A stretch of 64,000 nt of DNA. Source: Amphiscolops sp. MND2022 (taxonomy: Eukaryota). The stretch lies in assembly GCA_964187785.1 (NCBI GenBank), contig OZ076409.1, positions 15,996,001 to 16,060,000 of the forward strand. Reading direction: 5' to 3'. Of the stretch, positions 36,411-50,580 are shown one piece after another. A program made the position numbers and the translations under genes. The notes below the pieces were generated by a model. That model was not told where the DNA came from. It was given only the letters and a program-made list of their open reading frames with translations, and made no database searches. Position 1 is the stretch's first letter; each line of letters begins with the position of its first letter.

Positions 36411-39400
36411 CCAGGGGTGGAGTTTTTTATTTCCAGAGCAAATTCAGGTCCTCTCTTCTTTCGCTTAGATTGAAGTTTCGTTTTTGCGTTATTAAAGCTG
36501 ATATCAAGTTGCCGGAGATATTCGTAAATGCTTGGGGTACCAAATCGTTGGCAGTAAACAATTGCAATGAAATTCTTTGTGTGCTGCGTCAGTATTTCCA
36601 CAAGCTCTACTGTAGAGCGTGCGGTATGATTGTTGCTTTTATGTCTTGTGATGCATGCTGTTGTTGATGGCGTCGTGTCAGCAGACAAGGTTTTTCCTGT
36701 TTTTGGAACCAACCATCTCAGAGAAGACGGAAGAAAGCCCAAAAAACAGTCGCCTGTTGAATGTAAGTAATTAAACACTATTCAGCTTAGGCGCCTTAGG
36801 GACTTCAGTGTCTCAGTATGTACCTTCGTTGAATAGCCAACAAATGAGTGACCGTAACAAAAAAAGTCAACAAAATAAGGATATGGATGAGTTGCCCTAA
36901 CACTATTGGAAACGGGCCGGCAATTTGTTGCGACTCCTGTGAAAAATGGTTCCATGGCAACTGCGTAGGACTCACTCAACAACAGATTGATATGATAAAC
37001 GAAACTGAAGGAGTAATGTGGTTGTTGAGACAGTTCAGACCGACAGTGAAAACGACAATCCAATCAGGGTTGGCAAACTTGAATCTTGATTGTGAAAAAA
37101 AACGTCATGACGATCAAAGACATGGTCGCAGATGGGATTGCACGAAGCAAATTTTTGAAAAAATAGAAGGCATTCAGGAGGATCGTACTGCATGCGAATC
37201 AATAGTTACTGGCCTGAAACCTAATTTGGTGGCGGTGAAGAGAAAAATCCAACAGCACAGCAATACACTAACGCAACACAAAATGACTTACGCAGCCAAA
37301 TGCGCACCCACGCTATCCGATCCTACGGAAAAGAAAGCCTCGTGGTCCGAAGAAACATCGAGCAGATATTTCTTGTGGAAAACTCATACAGCGGCCTTGC
37401 CAACTGTATTGATATCAAAAAGGCGTACGCCAAACATTTCCCAATAAAAAACTGATCCACGCGTTCAGGAACAGTAGAGGAAAGATCCATCTAAAATTCG
37501 ATTCCGCAGCCACAGCAGCGGATATAATGCAAAATTTGAATAAAAGTGTCATGGGTACAGATACCTGTGTTACAAACCCCAGAGGAAAACGCCGGCAAAA
37601 TGCTATAAATGTAAGAGGAGTCCACACAGGAATCATCAAAGACGCTTTCGGAACAAATCTCAGCGCAACTCCACACATACATTGAAAAGGACACAATCGG
37701 ACGTTTCATCAAAAAACCTGATAATGCCAGAATGACTACAGTGAAAGTTGACTTACAAGAACGAACTATGTTAGAAACAGCGTTAGCAAACGGACTTTTT
37801 GTCAACCAGCTATTTTTCAGACCTACCGAATACATCGAGGAAACAGATATTCACGTGACCAGATGCTTCAAATGCCAGAAATTCGGCGAAAGAGCATCAT
37901 CTTGCAAATTGGGTCAAAAATGTGGTAAATGCGCGGAAAAGCATAATACCGATAGCTGTCACCAACTGGAACAAAATTACAAATGTGTCAATTGTCTTGA
38001 ACAACTCTCTTCAGCATCAAAAAAATGACCTGTCTACCTGAAAACTATGGAGAGGTTATATCAGAGCCGATCGGTACCCCTACCAAAACAATTACAAGGC
38101 AAAACTGACATACTCATCACCGAATACCAATGGTCTGCATAAGGCAAGTAAATATGGCAGGGTTGAGCACTCATAGCTCAACCTCGTTATCCCTTTATAT
38201 GAACCAAGGAAAGCCCCATGCTGTGATATTAACGGAGACTCACCGAGAACTAGCAGCACATGAATTCAATAATTTTTCCCTGTGCTATTTCGTTGATCAA
38301 CGGCACCATTGCAGTGAAATTGTCATTTAGTTTCATGATACTTCGTGTAGCAACAGTTGTAGTATTGGCGGTGGAGTCTAATTTGGTTGAGTTGCACTGT
38401 AGAAGTGTTCGATGATCTTGATTCATATCTATTAGTACGTCAAGTTTCTTGTCTATTGTCTCTAAACCTTTGGGTTTGACGTCTTTTTTCATGACTGGGA
38501 GGTTTTCTTTGCAAAACCAAAGGATAGATTCAATTCTATCCATTGCCTCGATTGTTGTTTCTGCTATTTCGGTGAATTTTTGATGAAACCAGCGTTCGCA
38601 TGCTGTATATTCGATTGCACTCGTTCCAGATACAACAGGGTTGTTGCATGAACCGCTAGAATCAATGTGTTCCGTAGTTGAGATGGTACGGTCCTTTTTG
38701 TTTTTGGAGGGCATTTTCCTACCCACACAAAGGCTGCTTCACGATAATTAAATCTCAAAAGCTGCCCCTGTTCACTTCGGAAACATGGATGGAACAGGTC
38801 ACCTCAGTTAACCTTCGATATCTTCTTGTTGCACTTTATTTTCCGTTTTCTCGATAGTTTTTTCAAGACGAGGCTATAGACTGCTGATTTATTTCGTAAG
38901 ATCGTTGAGATAAAATTGCACTCCAGTACAGGCCAGGGGTGGAGTTTTTTATTTCCAGAGCAAATTCAGGTCATCTCTTCTTTCGCTTAGATAGAAGTTT
39001 CGTTTTTGCGTTAATAAAGCTGATATCAAGTTGCCGGAGATCTTCGTAAATGCTTGGGGTACCAAATCGTTGGCAGTAAACAATTGCAATGAAATTTTTT
39101 GTGTGCTGCGTCAGTATTTCCACAAGCTCTACTGTAGAGCGTGCGGTATGATTGTTGCTTTCATGTCTTGTGATGCTGTTGTTGATGGCGTCGTGCCAGC
39201 AGACAAGGTTTTTCCTGTTTTTGGAACCAACCATCTCAGAGAAGACGGAAGAAAGCCCAAAAAACAGTCGCCTGTTGAATGTAAGTAATTAAACACTGTC
39301 TATTCAGCTTAGGCGCCTTAGGGACTTCAGTGTCTCAGTATGTACCTTCGTTGAATAGCCAACAAATGAGTGACCGTAACAAAAAAAAGTCAACAAAATA

Positions 39401-40801
39401 AGGATATGCATGAGTTGCCCTAACACTATTGGAAACGGGCCGGCAATTTGTTGCGACTCCTGTGAAAAATGGTTCCATGGCAACTGCGTAGGACTCACTC
39501 AACAACAGATTGATATGATAAACGAAACTGAAGGAGTATTGTGGTTGTTGAGACAGTTCAGAGCGACAGTGAAAACGACAATCCAATCAGGGTTGGCAAA
39601 CTTGAATCTTGAACGTGAAAAAAACGTCATGACGATCAAAGACATGGTCGCAGATGGGATTGCACGAAGCAAATTTTTGAAAAAATAGAAGGCATTCAGG
39701 AGGATCGTGCTGCTTGCGAATCAATAGTTACTGGCCTGAAACCTAATTTGGTGGCGGTGAAGAGAAAAATCCAACAGCACAGCAATACACTAACGCAACA
39801 CAAAATGACTTACGCAGCCAAATGCGCACCCACGCTATCCGATCCTACGGAAAAGAAAGCCTCGTGGTCCGAAGAAACATCGAGCAGATATTTCTTGTGG
39901 AAAACTCATACAGCGGCCTTGCCAACTGTATTGATATCAAAAAGGCGTACGCCAAACATTTCCCAAATAAAAAACTGATCCACGCGTTCACGAACAGTAG
40001 AGGAAAGATCCATCTATAATTCGATTCCGCAGCCACAGCAGCGGATATAATGCAAAATTTGAATAAAAGTGTCATGGGTACAGATACCTGTGTTACAAAC
40101 CCCAGAGGAAAACGCCGGCAAAATGCTATAAATGTAAGAGGAGTCCACACAGGAATCATCAAAGACGCTTTCGGAACAAATCTCAGCGCAACTCCACACA
40201 TACATTGAAAAGGACACAATCGGACGTTTCATCAAAAAACCTGATAATGCCAGAATGACTACAGTGAAAGTTGACTTACAAGAACGAACTATGCTAGAAA
40301 CAGCATTAGCAAACGGACTTTTTGTCAACCAGCTATTTTTCAGACCTACCGAATACATCGAGGAAACAGATATTCACGTGACCAGATGCTTCAAATGCCA
40401 GAAAGTCGGCGAAAGAGCATCATCTTGCAAACTGGGTCAAAAATGTGGTAAATGCGCGGAAAAGCATAATACTGATAGCTGTCACCAACTGGAACAAAAT
40501 TACAAATGTGTCAATTGTCTGGAACAACTCTCTTCAGCATCAAAAAAATGCCCTGTCTACCTGAAAACTATGGAGAGGTTGTATCAGAGCCGATCGGTAC
40601 CCCTACCAAAACAATTACAAGGCAAAATTGACATACTTATCACCGAATACCAATGGTCTGCATAAGGCAAGTAAATATGGCAGGGTTAAGCACTCATAGC
40701 TCAACCTCGTTATCCCTTTATATGAACCAAGGAAAGCCCCATGCTGTGATATTAACGGAGACTCACCGAGAACTAGCAGCACATGAATTCAATAATTTTT
40801 C
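35756..40801. repeat. Inner tandem duplication, 2 x 2,523 bp, of the X-5'/Y-5' junction in unit 2
   Basis: Junction AATAATTTTTC|CCTGTGCTATT at 38278/38279. ORF offsets 36204/38726 and 37732/40255. Confidence 0.93.
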
Positions 40802-43430
40802 TGCCATTAGATATTGTGGGACGATCGGTCGTGGAAGAGTTACTATTTTAGTCAGGAAGGATATCACACACGTACCGGAAATCTTCAAAGCCCTGATTTA
40901 CTCTGCCCAGAGCAACGAATGAGCACGGCAGAACTCTAGTAAACGCACTACACCACTCCTCCAGGATGCTAAATGTCATCAACGACGGACAACCCGCGTT
41001 TATGTCAACAACGGGAGCAGTGTTATCGACCTCTTTATCACGTCAGAGAGAATAAGTGAAACTACAAACTTCACAATGGTTGACCACGAAACAGAATTAC
41101 TCACTGGTGCTCCGACGAGGGTACGCCTTCCCGTATGCTGAACAAGAAATAAGAAGACGCAAAAACAGTCAAACTTAAAAAAGACAGGAAGAACGCCAAT
41201 TGGGAAGGATTCTACGAGTGTGTAGAAAACCTTCAAACAGATGGGATAGATTTCAAGACAACTGACGCTGATTCTTCATGGTTGCTACTGAAAGAAGTGG
41301 GTAAAACTGCTTCAGAACAACATATTTCGGTGAAGAACGTCTGTTGCTTTTCGAAACTGTATTGGTGCGAAGAATTCAGTTCGAAAAACTGAGAGCTCTG
41401 TAAGGCACGGAGAAACTACCGATACTGTGGCTCGGTGCAAAACCTCAAGCTTTTGAGTGAGCTTCAACAATCTTTTCAAAATATGGTAAATGATAAAGCA
41501 ACTGAATACTTCAAAAGCTCCATCTAAGATGTTAACGACATCCACTCAAAGGAGTTTTGGAAGCGTGTCAAAAAACTTCTGAAAGACATGGTAGGTGCTG
41601 GAGTTTCCAAGTTGTTGAAAGAACAAATTTCACTTTGCTGCAGAAGACCAAGCCGATTTATTCCGTTATAATTGTTCACTCGAAAACATTTGGAGAAACT
41701 CAGCTTCAACGAAGATTTCAAGCTACACGTAGAAAATACGTTCCAACAATCTCTACATTCCGAAAGACTCGAAATAGAAAGTGACAGGTGGTTCAACTGA
41801 GACTTCACCTTCGAAGAACTAGAATACGTTCTGCGTTTGTTGAAAACATTGGAAAATCTCTCGATAACGACAAAATCCATCCCAAAATGAGTAAGTACAC
41901 AGGACCCCGATATAAAGAAGTCCTTTTTCACATTGCAAACAAAACACTGAATAAAAATCACTGGCCGTGGAATCATTCAAAAGTGATGTTTCTGATGAAG
42001 CAAGGTAAAACAGACTACATGACACCATCAGTGTATCGGCCGATAACAATCTCCAGCTATACCGGAAAAATTGTGGAAAGATTATTGAATGCCAGGCTGA
42101 GAAGCTCTTTCAAAAATTTCAACCTGATAGACGAAGAGAAGGAAGGCTTCCAGTATCACAAAACATAGTAAGGTCGTTGTATAGGTTGAAAATGGAATGT
42201 CAAGAAGTGTGAGAATCAGCAGGAAAAATGGTGCCTTGAAATCCATCGACTTCGAGAAGGCCTTCAATTCCGTATGGATCAATGGACTGCTCCAAAAACT
42301 CTATCAATCGGGAGTTAGAGGTAAATTCATTAAACTGATTGAAATTATTTTGAAAAACTGTAAACTCAGCATAGAAATCGGTAATCTGAGAAGCCAATAC
42401 TTTGAAGCCAAAGATGGACTCCCACAGGGTAGTGTGTTATCACCAATTCTGTTCATTTTTCCGTTTCTTACATGTTCAAAAACATCAGCTGTAAGAAGTT
42501 CAAACTCGCTGACGATGGAAACCTCCTAGTAACAGGAGACACTGAAACTCAAGTCTATCTGAACTGTCAAATTATTCTCAAACAACAGGAACCGTGGTGC
42601 AAAAATTGGAGGATCGCAGTCAATGGTGACAAGACGTCCATAATCAACCTCGACACTGAGAACACGCACGCCCGGAAGTTTTTCGGCGAGGCCAGCATGG
42701 TCACCAGAAACACAAAAATCCTGGGTTTGATTGTGGACAACAAACTGAATTTCCACGAACATCCACAGCAGGTAGAAGGAAAAGTTGCTAAACAGCTGAA
42801 CTTATTCAAAAAGTTTTGCGGCTCTAATTGGGGTCTAAAGCAAGCAACGCTCATAAAACTTTACAAAACTGTAGTTCCCCTCCCCCCTCCCCCGATTTCT
42901 GTACGCGGCCCCTGTGTGGGCCAGGAAACACGTTCAAGCTTCAAGCACTTAGCCGATTCCAAAACACCGCGCTCAAACTTATCATAGATACGAGTACGAA
43001 ATCCGACAGTTGGTAGCCGAAATACTGTGCGGTCTCCCGCCTATGCAAATACAAATGGACATTATCACTATTAAATTTGGAATCAATCTTTCTCAACAGC
43101 AAGAATTTTTGTGGAAACTGTATCGGAACTGCCAATTGCAAGAAATAAAAAAAATAAAAACATTGACGATTTTTATAATGTGACAGGTGCAACAAATTGT
43201 TACACGGTGTCAACTTGCCACGAGTACCTGAGAAGTAGATGGAACAGTATATTCAAAAACGCGCTCACGACTACCCCCTCTGGATTGGCCAATCACTCAA
43301 TTTGAATGGAAAGGGGTTGCCTATCCAAAAACGACAAGCAGACACCTAGAAAGAAACACCAACAAGCTCCTTTTGAATTGCAACGACGAACTGGCACAAG
43401 ATGCGTACAAACTTTGGTGTACAAAATATT
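39338..43430 (+). mobile_element. LINE Y copy 2; extra 5' fragment at ~36816-38278
   Basis: Paralogue of 25200-29258. Confidence 0.9.
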
Positions 43431-44997
43431 GGGTGGTTGTAAATAGGTCGAATTTTTCTGGTCGAAAGGATTGAGGTCGAACCTTTTGATCGAATTGCAG
43501 GGATCGAATGGAATGCGCTCGAAAATGATTGAACCCTTCGGGTCGAAAACGTTCTTTGTTTGCCTCAAGTCGATTGACTATCATAATGTGGGGCATATGC
43601 TGTGTATGCACGCTCGCCCTCACTGTCGCAAAGACCAGGTCCCAATACGATCGTTTCGCGATCTCCGTCCCCGCTAGGTCTTTGCTCCTGTTCGACCTCG
43701 CTTAGCAAGATGGGAACATAGGCGGCCCCAAGGGGCCGCGGAGCACTAGAGGAAATGGGGACATATCCGAGACACGTTTTATACTTTTCTAGGAAATTCT
43801 ATCTGCGGCAATTCGATTTGTTTCCCAAAAATCAAAACTTAGATCCGAATTGTTTCGATCCCATTCAAATAATTGGTATGTCGACCCGAGGACTAACTCT
43901 GATTTTCGAACCCGTTTCTTCGACCTATATCCGCCCACCCCAGTATATTATAAAAAGCGGGTGGGCAGAAATAGGTTGAAAGAACGTGATCGAAAATCAG
44001 AGTTAGTCCTCAGGTCGACATGCCAAATTTTTGAATGGGATCGAAACAACTCGGATCGAAACTTTTATAACGTAGTCAGATATGTTCACATACCTCTAGT
44101 GCCCTGAATGCAGGAGCGAAGCAAAGCGGAGCGACGTGCCATATTGCCATGCCTCAATGTTGCTACTTGGCGAAGGGAGCGAAGCGACCGAGTCATACGA
44201 CAAATACGATACAATTCGACCGCATTCCATTCGATCCCTGCAATTCGATCAAAAGGTTCGACCTCTGTCCTTTCGACCAGAAAAATTCGACCTATTTACA
44301 GCCACCCATATAAAGCTTGGGGCCGCTTATGTTCCCATGTTGCTAAGCGAGGTCGAACAGGAGCAAAGACATAGCGGGACCGGAGATCGCGAAGCGATCG
44401 TTATGGAAGCTGGACTTTGCGACGGTGAGAGCGAGCGTGCGCGCATCGTATTTGACCGAGTTACATGGTTCATATAGACGGACCCATAGAACTTGCCACA
44501 GGAAATATCTATTCACTCACTTGGACCACGAACCTAATAAAGTTCATCTTAGATTCTGGACGTTTCGAAAGTAGAACAGAAAGGAAACGGCACTTTCAAG
44601 AGAGTACTCAACTACTGAAGACTCATAATTTCTGAGGCTATGACTAACAGACCTTCAACTTTTACTTTATTTACACAGAACCGATACCATGTGCCTAAAA
44701 CGTTATAAACGCTCGTCGTTATAAAGCACTCCGTTATAAACATCCCCTACTGTACTTGAATTATTTGATGAAAATTATGGAATTGTAAACGGTAACTTCT
44801 CTTACCCCTACATTTTTCAGTTGCCTAATGAGAACAAAGGTACAAATAAAGTGTTTTTACCCAACAGTTTCGTTGGACCTCTTTATCAACTATCTCTTGG
44901 TCTCGAATTGACTCAGTGAATTCAGTCGTTGGTATACGATAGTTTAAGTAGACCAGAAGTAGGAAAGCTCCCAGACTATTTCAGAACCCGGAAGGCA

Positions 44998-45326
44998 ATG
45001 GGTCAAACATTATCCGAGCCCGTGACCACCAAGAGTTCTTCCAAATATGAAAATTCGAAAGTCAAGTGCGGATGTTCTTCAATGCAAGGATGGCGAAATT
45101 GTTAGTATTTGATGATTTCCTTTTCTGTCGTGGCTGATATTGTCTTTGCCAATCAATAATAATCATTCAATTTCAGCGATGGAAGATGCACATACTGTGG
45201 ACCTGAAGCTAGGCAATGAAGAGAATGTTCATTACTTCGCAGTGTTCGATGGCCACGGAGGCAGGAGAATCGCTGACTATGCTAGTCGCAATCTGCACAT
45301 CAGGATACATAATAATCCTGCATATC
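44998..45326 (+). pseudogene. PP2C exons 1-2, copy 2 (exon 1 44998-45100, exon 2 45177-45326)
   Basis: Same structure; MGQTLSEP..MQGWRN(S)MEDAH..FDGHGG. Confidence 0.8.
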
Positions 45327-47330
45327 GTACGTGTGCGCGCCATGAATGATTTGCTCCAAAAGTTTCTTTACCTCACAAGTAGTGTTGGACAGACACTAGT
45401 ATCGAAAAAACTGATGTTAGTATCTACCAGTATATAGTAGTATAGTTACCAGTATCCTAATTTCTTTTTCTGTCTCGGTAACAAAAAAATTCCATTCAAA
45501 AACTCAATTTTAAATTGATTAGAAAAAAGAATATTAGTCTATTCATCGAAATGAAAAGCAATCTTATTTCCAGCACGGGAACTTCAGTTCATATCAACAT
45601 AAAGAAGCATATAAATACGACAGTTCTGAAGCCGATTACGTTTTTTAGAGTGAATTGATTAAAAACACTCCCAGCTGACGAAGTGGGACCAGTATGAACA
45701 TGGAGAGCTACCGTCGATAGCAAGGGATATTCTTTTTTCTCGTAGACGGACCGAAATACCTTCTGCGAAAAGTCAGCAATCGATGTTGGAATGTTTTTAG
45801 AGCATCTTCAATATCATTGTTTTCCTGGAAAAACACTCGAAGAAGTTTTTATATTGCTTGATATTGTCCAGTCTATCGGTATGAACGATACTTTCACCAC
45901 CTTTTGTCTCTGGGGACAGCAGATAGGAAAATCCCACACACACTGTATGCAAAATAATCAGTTTCATAATTTCTTTGATAGCTGCTTCGTCTCGATATCG
46001 GTAGAGCAATTGATTGAAGTTAGAATAGGAAAATGAAGATTGATATCGAAAAGTTGACTTAAACGTTTTCGGTCTTGTAGACCATCATCAGAATTTAAAA
46101 AATATACTGAAGTTAGAATAATTTGACTGAAGATCGGACTCATTGCTTTCCAGATTTCTATCAAAATTGATGGTATCTCCAACATCTCAACTTTTCTCAA
46201 TCTTTCCAAAACCGTTCTAACATCTCTCGACAGTTTCGATATTTTTTCGTTAGAGCCCGTAATATGGCTTGTTTACATTCAAAAAGGGTGTCCAAACAGT
46301 TGAATTGTGATTTTTTTGTATTTGACCTACTTTTTCTCAAAAAGGCAATCTTCTATTTTAATTTGTTCCATTTTATTCAGACTGTTTTGAGTGGTGCAAT
46401 GCAAAAGTGTGAAATTTTACGTCAGCATTTTCTGAAGTGCTGATTTTCGTTGTTTCCCATACTTTTGTACTTCTGACAATCTCAGATGTATAAATACAAC
46501 CGATGAAATTTCACATGACAGCTAATGCGATATTTCTGAAAAATCTTCACGCTCGAAGTTGATGATACTAGTTACCAAAAGTTTGGTTACTAGTACGTAG
46601 ATATTATTATTGATACTAGTATAACTATTCGGCGCTTTCGTAGAAAGAGCAGACAATAGTATTGACTTTTAAGACCGACGAACTGACAGATTTATAAATT
46701 TCTATAAGCTCATAGTAACTTGTATCTTCAAACTGCCACCTAGCATACAGGTTAACTCGTATTTTCTGAGGTCAGAGAAGCAGGAGTACGTGCAATGATG
46801 TCCCTTTTTAAATTTTTAAAGGATTTTTTATGTTGAAGAATCGGCCTCAAAATCAGAGATTCCAAAATAATTATCGAATATCTATCGTAATCATGCAATA
46901 AATTATCTTATCTTGATCTTCATATAAAATAGATAATCTTATTTTATGATTCAAAAAATGATAATCTCAGATACTTTTGTAGAGTCAAAAAATAATCTGA
47001 TCAAAGTTTTATTTCGATTCAACAATACTATTCACAGTATGAACGTCCCATAGTTCCTTATTCAAGGGTAAAAAGCAGTTTTCTTCCAACATTGGGGTTG
47101 TTGTGTTTCTCTCATTCGTAAAATAAGCACGAGAAAATGCATGTTCGGCGAGTCAATCGTTTTATTTTTCTTCAAGAAATTAATAGCCAATGTTTGTTCA
47201 TCCGTAGAAATTTCAAATTCCATTAATCTCAAATTCATCAATCCCCTTCAAATGTTTTTAGTCGGCGCATTTTAACAAGTTTTTTCCTTTTTTCGTCAGA
47301 TAACAATGTATGCGTAGTGGACACTTTTTT

Positions 47331-50300
47331 AGGCGAGAAGCCATCTTGTTTGTGGTCAATTAAGGGGTTATTCATGAGCAAGATTTCCAATCTGCTGTTT
47401 AGTTTCCACTCAAACACGTTACCAACATGACTGCTCATGCAGATAGGTCTATATGCAGAGGGATCAGTATAGTCTGGTTTAGAAGGTTTCCCTATGAAAA
47501 GAACACGAGATTCAGTCCACGGCCATACCTTATTTGTTAGGCAGGAGTTGAAAAGATTCATCGGACCTGTACGGAATTTTGGGCCAGATTTGAAAATCAT
47601 GTTAGGGTGGAAGTTGTTTTCGTCAAATGAACACGCTGTGTTGTGAAATTTGTTGATGACGTTATCAAGTTCATGCATCTGGAAACCTTCAATATATCAT
47701 GCAATATCCCGTTCTTGTTTTTGCGCGAGCTGGTTAATGAGTTCAATTTGTTGATTCGTTGTTTGCTCAAAATTTTGGTCAAAATCCTTTTCATTCAAAT
47801 GTTTTCCGCTAAAAAAGTGTCCATGAGTACATGGGCGTTTTCTGTGGCTGCGAAGCAAAGTTCTTATTTACATTTTAGAGGAGCAATCATCGTGTCTCTT
47901 TCATTAGAAAAAACCTTTTTGACGTTTTTTCTGAAATCATTTCCGTGATGGGTATTGTTAAAACCTTGCCGTTTCTTTTTATTCCAGATAGTTGCTGCTG
48001 TCTCAATTTCTTTTTTGAATTTTTCGCGAGCGTCATTCAGAGTTGCACGATTTCCTGGAGTCGAAGGAGGTTTGAAACGTTTTCGAAGCTATCTTAAGGT
48101 GTTGCTTAAGTTTGTAAGATGCGTGTTCCAAAAGGGCTTACTATATACTGAGCAGATTTTGGTTGGGATGCATAGCTGATTTACTTCTTCCAGTAACTTG
48201 CTAATTGTCAGTCATGTTTCATCAGGGTTATTGTATATCGGGTTTGCAGGGTCCGGTAACTTACTGGCTTCTTCTTCCAAAGCTTTACGCCATCTGTCCC
48301 AGTCACCGTTTTCCAGGACAAATATAGTTTCTCTTATGTTGCTTCTGGTTAGTAAGTCCAAATTTACATGTACCGGTGAATGTCCTCTATTTGGATGGCC
48401 AGTGAACAGCTCGATTTCAGTATCCGTGTAACGAGAGAAATTCCAGCTGGTTATACTGCCCGATATGTTGAGTAAATCAATAATGGAGGCTCCGTTAGCT
48501 GCGTAAAATGTATATTCGCCATCATTTAGAATGTTCACCTCAGGCTTTCGACGAATAGTTCCAGCATTTCGCCACTCTTATTGCAACGTATATCGCCCCA
48601 CAAAAGACTTCTAGCAATTAAATCTCCCACGAAGACAACTCCCGTCAAGTTGCTTCTATGGGCACAAGCTCTTGCATTTTCCAGTGAAATAAAGAGGTCT
48701 TTAATAGAAGCTTCGGCGTTTGGAGGAATGTATGCAGTTTCTGAATGAAGGATTTATGACCAAGGTACACTGCGCACAAGATTGAGTCAAATAGTTTTCC
48801 CGGAAAGTCAGAATTTCACAGCAGCTTCCGTCTTTAGGTAAAAGAAAGGCAACCCCGCCATGATGGGGAAGCTGATGATTGGAAATCGTTCGATAATTTT
48901 TGAAAATGTCATGCGAAATCCATTGTTTGGTTTTGTTTAGGGATATGGAGTCAAGTTTCATGTCAGCTATGTATTTTTCGAGTGCATTTCGTTTTGCGTT
49001 TGACAGTTCGGAGGTGTTTAGCTGCATGAATGAAAGTTTCTTCACTTCAGCAATTTCACGTTATTGAGTCAATCTTCGCATGTAGGCAACTTGAAATGGT
49101 AAATTACGTTTTTGTAAATTTTGGACGCATGATTAAGATCAGTTTCACAGAATGGGTTGTTAGCACTATGGTTCAAATGACATTTCGCGCATTTAGCTGC
49201 ATTTTCGCATTCACCGATTTGATGCTGGTTAGCGCATTTGCCACATTCAGGAGGGCTTTTGCAGGTTTTATTTACATGCCCAAAAGCTTGGCAGTTATAA
49301 CACCGAATTATTGAGATCTTTTGTTCTTCGCTGTTTTCATATGCTCGAAAGTGTTGATCAATCAGGAAGAGTCCTTCAGACAATGTTTTTTCTGGTCTTC
49401 TTTGCTTGGAAAGTCAATTTTCACAGTGTTCAAAACACTGTTATCATTTTTGATGAATCTTTGGGCTTTGGCTCCAGAAAATTTTTCTTCGAGAAGTGTA
49501 GTTAACAAATCCGTTAATTCTTCTGCTTTAAGCACGTTATTTATCAGAACCGAGTGATTTTTTTGACTTGTGCGAGGTCGTCTGCAAATTATTTGATGTC
49601 CAAGAAAACTCGGTTGACACTCCATTTCGATTTTTTTTTAACTCTTCCCTTGATTCGAATTCGAGGTGTAAGTGTTCTCTAGTTGTTCTGAAAGCACGCC
49701 GCAATTTTTTCTAGGGGAAACATTTAGAGAAGCTTCGCTTAATATCGGCGCTAATTTTGTAGGAGGGATCACCACTTTCAAATATAAGTATCGAAGATAT
49801 GTCACGTGGTATGGAGGTTTTGATTATATTACCTAGTTTTGTACTCCCGGTTGCAGCTGCGGTTGCGTACGTAGAAAACATTTTCTCTACCACATCTTTG
49901 ACCGAATTTATCTTTGGTAAAAATCCCTGTGCTATTTCGTTGATCAACGGCACCATTGCAGTGAAATTGTCATTTAGTTTCATGATACTTTGTGTGGCAA
50001 CAGTTGTAGTATTGGCGGTGGAGTCTAATTTGGTTGAGTTGCACTGTAGAAGTGTTCGATGATCTTGATTCATATCTATTAGTACGTCAAGTTTCTTGTC
50101 TATTGTCTCTAAACCTTTGGGTTTGACGTCTTTTTTCATGACTGGGAGGTTTTCTTTGCAAAACCAAAGGATAGATTCAATTCTATCCATTGCCTCGATT
50201 GTTGTTTCTGCTATTTCGGTGAATTTTTGATGAAACCAGCGTTCGCATGCTGTATATTCGATTGCACTCGTTCCAGATACAACAGGTTTGTTGCATGAAC

Positions 50301-50580
50301 CGCTAGAATCAATGTGTTCCGTAGTTGAGATGGTACGGTCCTTTTTGTTTTTGGAGGGCATTTTCCTACCCACACAAAGGCTGCTTCAAGATAATTAAAT
50401 CTCAAAAGCTGCCCCTGTTCACTTCGGAAACATGGATGGAACAGGTCACCTCAGTTAACCTTCGATATCTTCTTATTGCACTTTATTTTCCGTTTTCTCG
50501 ATAGTTTTATCAAGACGAGGCTATAGACTGCTGATTTATTTCGTAAGATCGTTGAGATAAAATTGCACTCCAGTACAGGC
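47331..50580 (-). mobile_element. LINE X copy 3 (3'-truncated); extra 5' fragment at 52450-53100
   Basis: Paralogue. ORF 49711-50373 encodes the PHD-coil part of ORF1 uninterrupted. Confidence 0.9.

Larger units (their letters stand above)
33163..47330. repeat. Segmental tandem unit copy 2 (~14.17 kb)
   Basis: Junction GTAGTGGACACTTTTTTAGGCGAG at 33163 and 47331. PP2C ORF offsets 30970/45140/59310 = 14,170. Confidence 0.95.
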
